From Dehalococcoidia bacterium (GTDB lineage: Bacteria; Chloroflexota; Dehalococcoidia; UBA2979), in the NCBI GenBank assembly GCA_009692765.1, contig SHYQ01000002.1:12476-76475 (forward strand): a stretch of 64,000 bases of DNA, in the 5' to 3' direction. The position numbers were made by a program, and so were the translations under genes. The notes beneath the pieces are model-generated. The model saw nothing but the letters and a program-made list of their open reading frames with translations, was not told where the DNA came from and ran no database searches. The first letter of the stretch is position 1; every line of letters begins with the position of its first letter. Of the stretch, positions 26,945 through 38,489 are shown in pieces.

Positions 26945-27330
26945 GAGGCGGCCCACCCCCTGCTCCCCCCGGCGCGGCGTGGTGCGCCCTCACCCTGCCC
27001 TCTCCCACTCCGTGGGCGAGGGTTCTCACCGGATCCGGCCCCCTCTCCTGCGCAGCGGGAGAGCGCGGGGGTGAGGGCGCACTACGGTAGGCGCGGAGCA
27101 CGCAGGGCTCGCGGGGGCACGCCGCTCTCTTCCGAGGCGCGCCTACCGCGCGCCGCTCCGCCGGGAGCGCGCCGCTCACTTCCGAGGCGCGCCTACTGCG
27201 CGCCGTTCCGCCGGGAGCGCGAGGGGCGCAGCCCCCTCGCATCACCCTCTGAATCTGAACCCCCTCCCGCGCAGGGAGGGGGCAGGGGGTGGGCCGCCCC
27301 CCGCAAGCACCTGCACGCGGCGCGCACGCG
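26945..27330. repeat. composite repeat block with nested-palindrome module E and modules B (x2) and C in reverse
   Basis: Module E at 26975-27086. GGCGCGCCTACYGCGCGCCG(Y)TCCGCCGGGAGCGCG occurs twice. GAACCCCCTCCCGCGCAGGGAGGGGGCAGGGGGTGGGCCGCCCC is present. Confidence 0.9.
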
Positions 27331-27366
27331 ATCGGGCGGCCCCACGCACACGTCGCCGCCGCGCGC

Positions 27367-28023
27367 CTACCTCGAGGGCGGGAGGTCGAAGATCTGCTCG
27401 AGCCAGCGCGAGAGGTCGCGCAGGCTCGCCGTGCCGATCTGGTGGCCCATCGCGTACTCGCGGTAGTCTGGGCGCGCGCCCATGATCAGCAGCAGGTCGC
27501 GCGACTGTTGCGCGCGCTCGATCGCAATCTGCGCGTCGCTGCTCCCGTGCTGCACGAGGATCGGCAGCCCCTCCACCACCTCGGCGGGGGCGGCGTGCTC
27601 GATCGCCTCCTCGGGGAGGTACGTCGAGAGCGCCGCGAGGCCGCGATAGCGGGCGGGGTCGCCGAGCGCGAGGCGGTACGCCAGCGTGCCACCCTGCGAG
27701 AAGCCGAGGACGGCCACGCGCGCCGGGTCCCCGCCCAGCCGCGGCACGGCCTCGTCGATGAACGCGCGCACGGCGGCGGTCACGCGCTCGAACTCCTCGG
27801 AGGTGCGGGACGCCGCGCCCTCGCGCGCGAACCAGGTGAACGCGCCGCCGTGCTCCTCGAGGGCGAACTCGGCCTCCGGGCAGATCACCAGCAGCCGGCC
27901 CGCCGCGAGCAGCGGTGCGAGGCCCATGAGGTCGAGGCCATGCGCGCCGTGGCCGTGCAGCGCGACGAGCGTGGGCAGGGGCCCCTGCACGCTGGGGTGC
28001 CACACCGAATGCACCAGGCTCAT
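27367..28023 (-). CDS. phospholipase/carboxylesterase family alpha/beta hydrolase
   Basis: LVALHGHGAHG..., nucleophile elbow GFSQGG, C-terminal HGSSD...GHQI. Confidence 0.85.
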   Translation of the reverse strand: MSLVHSVWHPSVQGPLPTLVALHGHGAHGLDLMGLAPLLAAGRLLVICPEAEFALEEHGGAFTWFAREGAASRTSEEFERVTAAVRAFIDEAVPRLGGDPARVAVLGFSQGGTLAYRLALGDPARYRGLAALSTYLPEEAIEHAAPAEVVEGLPILVQHGSSDAQIAIERAQQSRDLLLIMGARPDYREYAMGHQIGTASLRDLSRWLEQIFDLPPSR

Positions 28024-28091
28024 GCGCGGATCGCTTTCCCCGGCGGCGGATGGCTCGTCGATACGTGGCAGGATAGCCGCTGCGCGCCTAA

Positions 28092-28115
28092 ACCCCCACC
28101 CGGGGGGTATGGGTA
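28092..28115. promoter_or_regulatory. candidate CsoR operator
   Basis: ACCCCCACCCGGGGGGTATGGGTA contains the inverted repeat ACCCCC-N5-GGGGGT. From memory it resembles GC-rich CsoR operators such as B. subtilis copZA TACCCTACGGGGGTATGGTA. It sits immediately upstream of the TACGAT -10 of the copper operon. Confidence 0.5.
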
Positions 28116-28120
28116 CGTGC

Positions 28121-28126
28121 TACGAT
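28121..28126 (+). promoter_or_regulatory. candidate -10 hexamer TACGAT of the copper operon
   Basis: TACGAT lies 20 nt upstream of ATG 28147, with SD GAAGGAG in between. Confidence 0.35.
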
Positions 28127-28146
28127 CGCTGGCGAAGGAGCCCGCC

Positions 28147-28764
28147 ATGCCCGTCATGACCCTGTTCGCGCCCGACATCTTCTGCGACCACTGCATCTCG
28201 ACCATCAAGAAAGCGACCGAAGCCATCGAGGGTGCGCGCTTCGTCCAGGGCGACCCGGCGACGCGGCTGTTCACCGTCGACCTGCCGAACGGCGCCGCCC
28301 TCGACGCGCTCGGCGCGGCGCTTGCCGAGGAGGGCTACCCGCTTTCCGACGCACCCTCGACGCCCGCGGGCGCGTCCGAGGCGCACCCCGGCATGACGAT
28401 GCTCGGCACGCTGATGAGCGCGCCGGGGGCAGCGCCCGCGATGATGCACGGCGGCCACGCCGTGGCGAGCGGCCCGTTCCACCCGCAATACCTCAAGATC
28501 GAGCGCACCGAGGCCGGGGCGGACATCACCTACTCCTGCCCGTGCGGCAGCACGACGGAGGTGTTCCACCTCGATCGCGGGCAGGCGGATCACGCGCCGC
28601 ACTCCTGCTGCGGGCACCACACGCTCGTCGGTGCGGACGCGGCGGCGCGGCTGCGCGCCCGCCTCGGCGACGGGTACGACATCGACGTGCAGACGATCAC
28701 GATGCCGTGGGGCCAGCCGCTCGAGGCGGCGCAGGCGGTCCCCCGGGCAATCTCGAGGGGCTAG
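28147..28764 (+). CDS. three-part putative copper-binding protein (HMA-like CDHC domain, Met/His-rich linker, Cys/His-rich C-terminal domain)
   Basis: MPVMTLFAPDIFCDHCISTIKKATEAIEG (ferredoxin-like HMA pattern with CxxC), HPGMTMLGTLMSAPGAAPAMMHGGH, and YSCPCGSTTEVFHLDRGQADHAPHSCCGHH. SD GAAGGAG precedes the start. Confidence 0.65.
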   Translation: MPVMTLFAPDIFCDHCISTIKKATEAIEGARFVQGDPATRLFTVDLPNGAALDALGAALAEEGYPLSDAPSTPAGASEAHPGMTMLGTLMSAPGAAPAMMHGGHAVASGPFHPQYLKIERTEAGADITYSCPCGSTTEVFHLDRGQADHAPHSCCGHHTLVGADAAARLRARLGDGYDIDVQTITMPWGQPLEAAQAVPRAISRG

Positions 28765-28774
28765 GGAGGCGACG

Positions 28775-29041
28775 ATGGACGAGCACACCCAGGCCGACGT
28801 GCTCAAGCGCCTCGCGTACATCGAGGGGCACCTCGCCGGCGTGCGCCGCATGATCGAGGCCGACACCTATTGCGTCGACGTGCTGAAGCAAACGTACGCC
28901 GTGCGCCGCGCGATCGAGAAGATGGAGGCGGAGATGCTCGACGGGCACCTGCACCACTGCGTCCTCGACGCGATCCGCGAGGGCAAGGCGGAGCAGTCGT
29001 TCACGGAGCTGATCGACCTCTATCGCGTCGCCAACAAGTAG
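28775..29041 (+). CDS. csoR: CsoR/RcnR family metal-sensing transcriptional repressor
   Basis: LKRLAYIEGHLAGVRRMIEADTYCVDVLKQTYAVRRAIEKMEAEMLDGHLHHCV, a DUF156 pattern with C...H...C ligands. Confidence 0.9.
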   Translation: MDEHTQADVLKRLAYIEGHLAGVRRMIEADTYCVDVLKQTYAVRRAIEKMEAEMLDGHLHHCVLDAIREGKAEQSFTELIDLYRVANK

Positions 29042-29120
29042 CGTCACGTAGCCGCCATCAGGTGTTGTGCGCGCCGTACGACGGCGTCATCGCGCTAGAG
29101 AACTCGGTAGGGCCGCCCGC

Positions 29121-31520
<2,400 letters not shown>

Positions 31521-31615
31521 GGGCGCCCGCTCGAGGGCACCTCGCGCGATCGCGGATCGGCTACGCTGCGCTCGCCCTCGGATCCACCGAGGTGCGCGCG
31601 CGGAAGGAGACCGCT

Positions 31616-31906
31616 ATGCCCAGCTACCTGTCGCTCATCTCGTGGACGGATCAGGGCGTCCGGAACGTGAAGGACAGCGCGGCACGCCTCGACGCCGCGA
31701 AGAAGGTCTTCGAGGCCGGCGGGGGCCGACTGATCTTCTTCTACATGCTGATGGGTGAGTACGACCTCGCGACGCTGATCGAGATGCCGAACGACGAGGC
31801 GGCCACGAAGGCGCTGCTCAGCATCGGCGCCGCGGGCAACATCCGCACGACGACGATGAAGGCGTTCACCGAAGCCGAGTACCGCGCGATCATCGGGTCG
31901 CTGTAG
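31616..31906 (+). CDS. GYD domain protein
   Basis: MPSYLSLISWTDQGVRNVKDSAARLDAAKKVFEAGGGRLIFFYMLMGEYDLATLIEMPNDEAA...IRTTTMKAF. SD GGAAGGAG precedes the start. Confidence 0.85.
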   Translation: MPSYLSLISWTDQGVRNVKDSAARLDAAKKVFEAGGGRLIFFYMLMGEYDLATLIEMPNDEAATKALLSIGAAGNIRTTTMKAFTEAEYRAIIGSL

Positions 31907-31934
31907 CGCCCGGCCGCGCTCGTACGCCGCGCGC

Positions 31935-32957
31935 ATGCTGGCGCTGATCACCACGGCGGGCGTCGCATTCGCGGTCGGGTTGAGCGGCGCACTGAGCCCC
32001 GGTCCGCTCACGGTGCTCGCGATCCGCGAGGGTGCCCGCCGCGGGTGGCGCGCCGGCGTCTACGCGACGGCGGGCCACGCCGTCGTCGAGGCGGCCACGG
32101 TCGCGCTGCTCGCGCTCGGGCTGTCGGCGGTCGTGCGTGACCGCCCCGCGGTGACCTCGACGATCGCGCTGGTGGGCGGGGCGGTGCTGCTGTGGATGGC
32201 GTGGGGCCTCGTGCGTGCGGCGCCGAGCGCCACGCTGCCGTTGCGCGCCGCCGGCCCGGCCTCGACTCGCGCCCCGCTCCTGGAGGGCCTGCGCGGCGTC
32301 GCGCCGGCCGCGATGGTGGTGAGCGTCACGAACCCGTACTGGGTGCTGTGGTGGGCGACGGTTGGCACGAAGCTCACGGTCGATTCGCTGGCGTTGGGGG
32401 CGGCGGGGCCGGCGGCGGTGTTCCTCGGACACGCCCCTCGGGCTCCGGCGGAAACGCGCGCGGTGGGCCTGCTCGGGGGATCCGGAAGCCCCCTTCCCGC
32501 CAGGGAAGGGGGTTGGGGGGATGGGAGAGATCCAAGTTCTGACTCCCCTCTCCCGCTCCGCGGGAGAGGGGCCGGGGGTGAGGGTCCCCTCCCGCAGCGG
32601 TGCACGGCCCGTCGAGGGGCGCTACACGCCCTTCTCGCGACGCCAGCGCGCGATCCAGCCGGTGTGCTCGGCCTCGTGGCCGCTGCGCAGCGGCGCCTCG
32701 CCGTAGCGCGCCCCGTCGAGGCCGGCCGCCGTCGCCGCCGCGATCGCGTCGAGCAGCCGCTGCCGCGACTGCGCGAACTCCCAGCGCACCTGATCGAGCG
32801 ACAGCGGCGCGCGGATCTCGTACCCCATCGCGTTGTAGGCCAGCTCCTGCGCGGGAGTCATCCGCCACGCGGTGGCGTGCCCGGCGGAGATGCGCACGAC
32901 CTCGCTCGCGCGGATGTCGTCCCAGAGCGCGAGGTGCGCGAGGTGGTTCTTCACTGA
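31935..32957 (+). CDS. LysE/RhtB family translocator whose 3' end is replaced by repeat sequence (possible pseudogene)
   Basis: LysE pattern (GLSGALSPGPLTVL..., NPYWVLWWATVG..., AAVFLGH) runs to ~32430 (about 165 aa). After that the frame runs through repeat modules and antisense to the DinB gene until 32957. Confidence 0.6.
   Translation: MLALITTAGVAFAVGLSGALSPGPLTVLAIREGARRGWRAGVYATAGHAVVEAATVALLALGLSAVVRDRPAVTSTIALVGGAVLLWMAWGLVRAAPSATLPLRAAGPASTRAPLLEGLRGVAPAAMVVSVTNPYWVLWWATVGTKLTVDSLALGAAGPAAVFLGHAPRAPAETRAVGLLGGSGSPLPAREGGWGDGRDPSSDSPLPLRGRGAGGEGPLPQRCTARRGALHALLATPARDPAGVLGLVAAAQRRLAVARPVEAGRRRRRDRVEQPLPRLRELPAHLIERQRRADLVPHRVVGQLLRGSHPPRGGVPGGDAHDLARADVVPEREVREVVLH
32432..32615. repeat. 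hairpin-repeat block (degenerate B, C variant, A reverse) abutting the truncated LysE gene
   Basis: GCCCCTCGGGCTCCGGCGGAAACGCGCGCGGTGGGCC, GAAGCCCCCTTCCCGCCAGGGAAGGGGGTTGGGGGGATGGGAGAGATC, CTGACTCCCCTCTCCCGCTCCGCGGGAGAGGGGCCGGGGGTGAGGG. Confidence 0.85.
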
Positions 32958-33074
32958 CCAGCCGTCGATCGATGGCTCCGTCATCAGCGCGTCGCTAAGC
33001 CCCTCGATCGCGGTCAGCAGCGCCTGGCGCGTGCCGCGGTAGTGCTCCAAGAGATCGTTGCGGTCTTCGGCCAT
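32622..33074 (-). CDS. DinB/ClbS-like four-helix-bundle family protein
   Basis: LLEHYRGTRQALLTAIEGLSD...WSVKNHLAHLALWDD...HEAEHTGWIARW has His-containing helices typical of the DinB_2/ClbS-like fold. ATG 33074 is preceded by GGGAGGG. Confidence 0.65.
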   Translation of the reverse strand: MAEDRNDLLEHYRGTRQALLTAIEGLSDALMTEPSIDGWSVKNHLAHLALWDDIRASEVVRISAGHATAWRMTPAQELAYNAMGYEIRAPLSLDQVRWEFAQSRQRLLDAIAAATAAGLDGARYGEAPLRSGHEAEHTGWIARWRREKGV

Positions 33075-33224
33075 CTTGCCCTCCCGATCCACCCTGCGCG
33101 TTCGCCCCATCATCCCGCGATCGGCGCCGCAAGGGCATCCCTCGTGACAGGCGCGCGGGTGAGCGGCTATCGTCGGGGCATCGAGGGCGCAGGGCGCGGG
33201 CCCGCCTCGAGGAGGGAGCGCACG

Positions 33225-34142
33225 ATGCCGCTGGATCCGACCGCCGAGGAGTGGCTCGACCGCCTCGCCAAGATGGGCACGCCGCCGCTCTGGACACTCA
33301 CGCCGGCGCAGGCGCGCGAGGCGCGCCTGCTGCCGCCGGCCGGCCCCAACGTGCACCGCGTCGAGGACATGCAGGCGGCGGGCCCCGAGGGGCCGATACC
33401 GCTGCGCATCTACTGGCCGAGCGACGCCGAGGGCCTGCCGATCCTCGTCTGGTTCCACGGCGGCGGCTGGGTCGTCGGCGACCTCGAGACGAGCGACCCG
33501 ACCGCGCGGCGGCTGTGCAGCCTCGCGGGGTGCATCGTGATCTCGGTGGACTACCGGCTGGCGCCGGAGCACCCGTACCCCGCCGCCGTCGATGACGCGT
33601 ATGCGGCGGTGGTGTGGGCCGCGCAGAACGCGCCCCGCTTTCGCGGCGACGCGACGCGCATCGCGGTCGGCGGCGACTCGGCGGGCGGCAACCTCGCGGC
33701 GGTGGTGGCGCAGCTGTTGCGCGACCGCGGCGGCCCGCCGGTCGTGCGGCAGCTGCTGGTCTATCCCGTCACGGACGGCGCGATGGACACGCCCTCATAC
33801 CACGAGAACGACCGCTACGGCCTGACGCCCGCCTCGATGGCCTACTTCTGGGGGCACTACTGCCCGCCCGGCGCCGACCGCATGCAGCCGGGCGCGAGCC
33901 CGGCGCGCGCCGCGAGCCTCGCCGGCCTCGCGCCCGCGCACGTCGTGACGTGCGAGTACGACCCGCTGCGCGACGAGGGCAATGCGTACGCGGCGGCGCT
34001 GCGCGCGGCAGGCGTCCCCGTGGACGCCGAGGAGCTCGCCGGCCAGATCCACGGCTGCTTCGGCAACGCCCACGTCTTCCCTCGTGCGATGCAGGCCGTC
34101 GAGGACGTTTCGGCCGCGCTGAAGCGCGCCTTCGCACGCTGA
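33225..34142 (+). CDS. alpha/beta hydrolase fold-3 (HSL-type) esterase/lipase
   Basis: VWFHGGGWVVGD (HGGG oxyanion motif), GDSAGGNLAA (GDSAG nucleophile), C-terminal DPLRDEG...HGCF. Confidence 0.9.
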   Translation: MPLDPTAEEWLDRLAKMGTPPLWTLTPAQAREARLLPPAGPNVHRVEDMQAAGPEGPIPLRIYWPSDAEGLPILVWFHGGGWVVGDLETSDPTARRLCSLAGCIVISVDYRLAPEHPYPAAVDDAYAAVVWAAQNAPRFRGDATRIAVGGDSAGGNLAAVVAQLLRDRGGPPVVRQLLVYPVTDGAMDTPSYHENDRYGLTPASMAYFWGHYCPPGADRMQPGASPARAASLAGLAPAHVVTCEYDPLRDEGNAYAAALRAAGVPVDAEELAGQIHGCFGNAHVFPRAMQAVEDVSAALKRAFAR

Positions 34143-34149
34143 GCGAGCC

Positions 34150-34785
34150 CCAGGGGCGCGGAACGTCGAGGACTGAGCGGGTGTGACGACTGAGTGGCCA
34201 ACCTCCTGCGTGCCCAGGAACGTCGAAGTGCTCTCGGTCGGCGGCCCATCCCCCTGCCCCCTTCCCTGCGCGGGAAGGGGGGACTCATTTTCTTTCCGTG
34301 GGGGCGCAGCCCCCACGGGCCCCTGCCTCGGGCGCACATCGACGCAACGGTTCCGCTCTCTCCGCACGAGGGCGCGCGTCACGTGGTGCGCCCTCACCCT
34401 GCCCTCTCCCACTCCGTGGGCGAAGGTTCTGAGTTCCCGGTTGGCTGTCCGTTGTCTAGTTTCCGAGGCGCGCCTGCCGCGCGCCATTCCGCTAGGAGCG
34501 CGAGGGGCGCAGCCCCCTCGCGTCACCATCTGACTTCTGACTCCCCTCTCCTGCGAAGCGGGAGAGGGGCCGGGGGTGAGGGTTCCGCCTCCCCTCCCAC
34601 GCAGGCAAGGGGCAGCGGGCGGGCCGCCCCGTCGCACGCATCTCGACGTACGCGCGCCATCCCAGGCGCGCCTACCGTGCGCCGTTCCGCCGGGAGCGCG
34701 AGGGGCGCAGCCCCCTCGCATCACCTGCTGACTTCAGAGCCCCCTTCCCGCGCAGGGAAGGGGGCAGGGGAATGGGCCGCGCCCG
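34150..34785. repeat. composite repeat block (C forward, partial E, B reverse, A reverse, B reverse, C reverse)
   Basis: GGCGGCCCATCCCCCTGCCCCCTTCCCTGCGCGGGAAGGGGGG at ~34240. Half of module E at ~34383-34440. Module A reverse at 34540. GTCGAGG/CTCGAC boundary motifs at 34165, 34640 and 34790. Confidence 0.9.
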
Positions 34786-34787
34786 TC

Positions 34788-35198
34788 CTAACCTCGACGC
34801 TCTCGGCGCCAGACAAGGCGCAGCGCGGACCACGTGGCGTCGACGGCGCACACCTTGTTGTCGACGAGGCCGAGCGGCAGCGCGACCTCGCGCACGACGT
34901 CCTCGGTCATGTCGGTCGGGACGCCCGAGGCGCGCTTCGGCCACGCGATCCACGCCGCGCCGTCCGGGAACACCGCGCGGCCCAGCGCCTCGACGCGCCG
35001 CTCCAGGTCGCTGCGGCGCGTCACGAAGCACAGCGCCACGTCGGCGCCCCCGCGCAGCGTCGTGCGCGTCGCGACGTCCTCGGGGAGCGCGCCCAGCGTC
35101 GCGTCGAAGCCGGGCGGCGCGTCGAGGAGCGCGAGCCGGGCGCCGGCCGCGATGCCCAGCTTGCGCGGCAGCGGCGTGCCTGAGTACCCGGCGGTCAT
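34788..35198 (-). CDS. DUF3052 family protein
   Basis: MTAGYSGTPLPRKLGIAAGARLALLDAPPGF... is an N-terminal signature I associate with DUF3052. Confidence 0.7.
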   Translation of the reverse strand: MTAGYSGTPLPRKLGIAAGARLALLDAPPGFDATLGALPEDVATRTTLRGGADVALCFVTRRSDLERRVEALGRAVFPDGAAWIAWPKRASGVPTDMTEDVVREVALPLGLVDNKVCAVDATWSALRLVWRRERRG

Positions 35199-35224
35199 GG
35201 GCGGGAGTGTAGCAACGACCGGCG

Positions 35225-35470
35225 CGGGATGAGCGCGCGCGGGGGCTCGAGGTGCGCGGCACAGTGAGGTGCTTGAGGTGGGCGGCCCACCCCCCTACCC
35301 CCTCCCGGCGCGGGAAAGAGATGCGAGCGGGCTGCGCCCCTCGCGCTCCCGGCGGAACCGCGCGCGGCAGGCGCGCCTCGGACGCCAACGAAAGGAGCAC
35401 TCAGCACGTCGGAACCCTCGCCCACGAAGTGGGAGAGGGCAGGGTGACGGCGCACCACGTAACGGGCGCC
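35225..35470. repeat. hairpin-repeat block (C variant, B forward, half of E reverse)
   Basis: GGCGGCCCACCCCCCTACCCCCTCCCGGCGCGGGAAAGAG, ATGCGAGCGGGCTGCGCCCCTCGCGCTCCCGGCGGAACCGCGCGCGGCAGGCGCGCC, GGAACCCTCGCCCACGAAGTGGGAGAGGGCAGGGTGACGGCGCACCACG. Confidence 0.85.
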
Positions 35471-35538
35471 CTCGTGCGTCTGGCGTGGTGGCGTCTATGA
35501 CCCTCGCAGGGGACAGGCACGCGGCCCGCCGCGGCGAT

Positions 35539-36000
35539 TCACGCAGCGCGCGAGGGGAGCACGCACGCGAGCAGCCCGCGCAGCAGGTCAGCGGAGGTCA
35601 CGATGCCCACGACCGCGCCGCTCGTGTCGCGCACGGGCAGCGCCGAGATTCGATGCTCGATCAGCAGCGCCGCCGCTTCCTCCACCGGCGCGCTTTCGGC
35701 GACCGTGATCATGCGGAACGCGGCGACTTGGAGCACGCGGCGACGCAGCGCCTCCTCCTCATGGCGGGAGAGGAGTTGCGCGCCCAGGCCGGTGCGGCGC
35801 GCGATGTCGCGGTCGGACATGATGCCGACGATGCGGCCGCGATCCTCGACGAGGAGGTGGTGGATGTGGTGCTCGCGCATCTTCGCGTGCGCCTCCCACA
35901 GTTCCGCCTCGGGCGCGATCGTGATCAGCCCACGCGACATCATCGCCCCGACGGTGATCGAGGTGGTCCCCCCGCTCGAGGCGCCGTCGTGCGTCGTCAT
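35539..36000 (-). CDS. CBS domain pair protein
   Basis: VGAMMSRGLITIAPEAELWEAHAKMREHHIHHLLVEDRGRIVGIMSDRDI... and a second CBS (MITVAESAPVEEAAALLIEHRISALPV). Confidence 0.85.
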   Translation of the reverse strand: MTTHDGASSGGTTSITVGAMMSRGLITIAPEAELWEAHAKMREHHIHHLLVEDRGRIVGIMSDRDIARRTGLGAQLLSRHEEEALRRRVLQVAAFRMITVAESAPVEEAAALLIEHRISALPVRDTSGAVVGIVTSADLLRGLLACVLPSRAA

Positions 36001-36052
36001 GTCTGAGTATCGGCGGCCACCGGCACCGCGATAGGACCCGGCATCCGGGGGG

Positions 36053-36661
36053 TCAGTGGGGAGCGGGCGGCGGGTCGGCGCCCGTCGACGGGGGCGCGGG
36101 CGGGGGCGGCGGCGGCACGAACAAGTTCGCGCGGTACCAGCGCAGCTCCTCCAGGCTCTCGCGGATGTCATCGAGGGCCTGGTGCGCCTGCCGCTTCTCG
36201 GGCGGCGTCGGGCCGTGGCGGTACCAACGGCGCACCAGCTCCTTCACGGTGCTGACGTCCACGTTGCGGTAGTGCAGGTAGGCCTCGAGTTTCGGCATCT
36301 CGCGGCGGAGGAATCGCCGGTCCTGCGCGATCGAGTTTCCCGCGAGCGGCGACGTCCCCTTCGACACCCACTTGCGGATGAAGGCGAGCGTCTGGCGCTC
36401 GGCCTCGGCGGCGTCGACGTCCGAGGCGGCGATGCGCGCGAGCAGGCCCGACTCGCTGTGCGTCTTCACGTTCCACGCGTCCATCAGCGCCAGTTGCTCC
36501 GGCGTCCGCTGGATCGCGAACGTCGGGCCCTCCGCCAGCACCTCGAGGTTGGCGTCCGTGACCAGGGTGGCGACCTCGATGATCACATGGCGCTCGGGGT
36601 CGAGCCCCGTCATCTCGAGGTCCATCCACACGAGGTTGAGCGGGTCGCGTTTCGCGGGCAC
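36053..36661 (-). CDS. orn: oligoribonuclease
   Basis: [27 protein letters not shown]..., [40 protein letters not shown] (DEDDh exonuclease). Pro-rich tail. Confidence 0.95.
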   Translation of the reverse strand: MPAKRDPLNLVWMDLEMTGLDPERHVIIEVATLVTDANLEVLAEGPTFAIQRTPEQLALMDAWNVKTHSESGLLARIAASDVDAAEAERQTLAFIRKWVSKGTSPLAGNSIAQDRRFLRREMPKLEAYLHYRNVDVSTVKELVRRWYRHGPTPPEKRQAHQALDDIRESLEELRWYRANLFVPPPPPPAPPSTGADPPPAPH

Positions 36662-36750
36662 GCGGCGAGCCTACGCGCCGGGCGCGATGCCGTCGACGGA
36701 GGGCCGTCGACGGCACACCGGCGCCGGCAGAACATGCCGCGGTCGCGTGC

Positions 36751-36756
36751 TAGCCT
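36751..36756 (+). promoter_or_regulatory. candidate -10 hexamer TAGCCT, 6 nt upstream of GTG 36763 (leaderless-type)
   Basis: TAGCCT-N6-GTG. Confidence 0.3.
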
Positions 36757-36762
36757 GCTGGC

Positions 36763-37308
36763 GTGAACACACGCGCATCCTCCCGTCCACCCTCCGTTGC
36801 CGGCCTCGCCGCGCTGTTGGTTGGGCTGTTGGTCGCGCTGGGCCTGGTCGCGGTGGCGGCGGTCCTCGGCGGCTGCGGGGCGGGTGGCGCGAGTGGGGCG
36901 AAGCGCGTGGCGAAGGCCGGCGACACGGTCTCGGTGCACTACACCGGCACGCTGGACGACGGATCGCAGTTCGACTCCTCGAAGGGGCGCGAGCCGCTGG
37001 CGTTCACCGTCGGCGCGGGTCAGATGATCGCGGGGTTCGATCGCGCGGTCGTCGGCATGGGCGCGGGGGAGAAGAAGACGGTCCACCTCGCGGCGACGGA
37101 GGCGTACGGCGAGCGCCGCAGCGACCTCGTGGTGACGGTCCCGGCCGCGCAGGCCCCGGCGGGGCTCAAGGTGGGTCAGCGCGTGCAGCTGGGCAACGGG
37201 TCGGGCCTCGTCACGGCGGTGACGGCGGAGTCGGTCACGGTGGACGCCAACCACGCACTGGCGGGCAAGCCGCTGAACTTCGCGATCGAGATCGTCAGCA
37301 TCAAGTAG
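36763..37308 (+). CDS. FKBP-type peptidyl-prolyl cis-trans isomerase lipoprotein (SlyD-like insert)
   Basis: Lipobox LGGCG. GDTVSVHYTGTLDDGSQFDSS...LAFTVGAGQMIAGFDRAVVGM..., C-terminal NHALAGKPLNFAIEIVSI. Confidence 0.9.
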   Translation: MNTRASSRPPSVAGLAALLVGLLVALGLVAVAAVLGGCGAGGASGAKRVAKAGDTVSVHYTGTLDDGSQFDSSKGREPLAFTVGAGQMIAGFDRAVVGMGAGEKKTVHLAATEAYGERRSDLVVTVPAAQAPAGLKVGQRVQLGNGSGLVTAVTAESVTVDANHALAGKPLNFAIEIVSIK

Positions 37309-37362
37309 CCCGCATCAAGTGGCACTGGGCGATGCGGCGCGGGTCGGCGCGGAGCGCCGAGG

Positions 37363-37602
37363 CTAGAGCGGCAGCTCCTCGCGCGGCACGCCCTGAGTGA
37401 CGTACACCTCGCGCACGGCGGCGCGGACTTCCTCGACGTTCTTGTAGCGCCGCTCGGGCAGCAGCGAGAGCACGTAGGCGACCTCGCGGTCGAGCCCGCC
37501 CTTGTCTCGCCCCATGTTGATGATCCCTGAGCGCGACATCGGGTAGTGGAAGCCCTTGAACGCGGCCTCGTAGTCCGACTTCGACGCGTGCGGCTTGACC
37601 AT
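37363..37602 (-). CDS. DUF2795 domain protein
   Basis: FKGFHYPMSRSGIINMGRDKGGLDREVAYVLSLLPERRYKNVEEVRAAV. SD GAGGAG precedes the start. Only the last 79 codons of the 297-aa track ORF are taken. Confidence 0.75.
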   Translation of the reverse strand: MVKPHASKSDYEAAFKGFHYPMSRSGIINMGRDKGGLDREVAYVLSLLPERRYKNVEEVRAAVREVYVTQGVPREELPL

Positions 37603-37812
37603 CGCGGGCTCCTCGGGTGCTGCTGGCCTCATGCTATCGAGAACGCGCACTATCGGGAACGCAGCCGATCGGGGACTCGAGGGCCCGACGCCCCCCTCGA
37701 GGGCAGCGCGACATAATCGAGGACGAGGGCGTCCGGGCGGGCGTCCGCGGCGTACACTCGATGTTCGAGACACGAGGCCCGCCTCCGGGCCAGCGATGGG
37801 GGATGAGACACC

Positions 37813-38313
37813 ATGCCGCTCTACGAGTACTACTGCGCCGACTGCGAAGGCCGCTTCGAGCTGCTGCGGCCGGTCAGCGCCGCCTCGCAGGATCAGCCCT
37901 GCCCCCAGTGCGACAACGATGCCAAGCGCATGGTCTCCCGCGAGTTCTCGGCGTTCATCTTCCGCGACGGCTCCGCGCGCCGCCTCCCAGACGACGGCGG
38001 GTACATGCACCTCGGGAAGAAGGTGAAGAACATGATCACCTCCTCCACCGACGCCTTCAGCCACCCCGAGCTGAACCCCGAGCCGCCCCCCGCCCCGCCG
38101 ACGATCGAGGAGATCGAGGCGTTCGAGGCGCAGCAGCACCAGAAGCTGGAGATCGACCCCGAGTTCCGCGGGCGCGTCATCGACGACTCGTTCCGGCGCG
38201 AGGCCGACATCAAGCGCCGCATGGTCTCCACGCGCGGCTCGAAGGTGGAGGAGCACGCGAAGCGCCGCGCGCTCAACATCGAGCGTGCCGTGAAGAAGGA
38301 AACCTCCTCATAG
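37813..38313 (+). CDS. FmdB family zinc-ribbon protein with long charged C-terminal extension
   Basis: MPLYEYYCADCEGRFELLRPVSAASQDQPCPQCDND (CxxC...CxxC). Confidence 0.85.
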   Translation: MPLYEYYCADCEGRFELLRPVSAASQDQPCPQCDNDAKRMVSREFSAFIFRDGSARRLPDDGGYMHLGKKVKNMITSSTDAFSHPELNPEPPPAPPTIEEIEAFEAQQHQKLEIDPEFRGRVIDDSFRREADIKRRMVSTRGSKVEEHAKRRALNIERAVKKETSS

Positions 38314-38489
38314 GCCCCGCGGACTGATCGCGGCCGCGCCGCCGGGCGCCTCCGCGGCGCGGCCGCTCCTGAGCACCGTGCTGTTCCTGACAGATGGGCC
38401 GCCTATACTCGGCGCTCGCCCCGAGCGTCGCGATGCCTTCCGCGTCCGCGCCCGGCGGCGTCCACTCGCGTGCAGGAAGAAGGGCAGTC

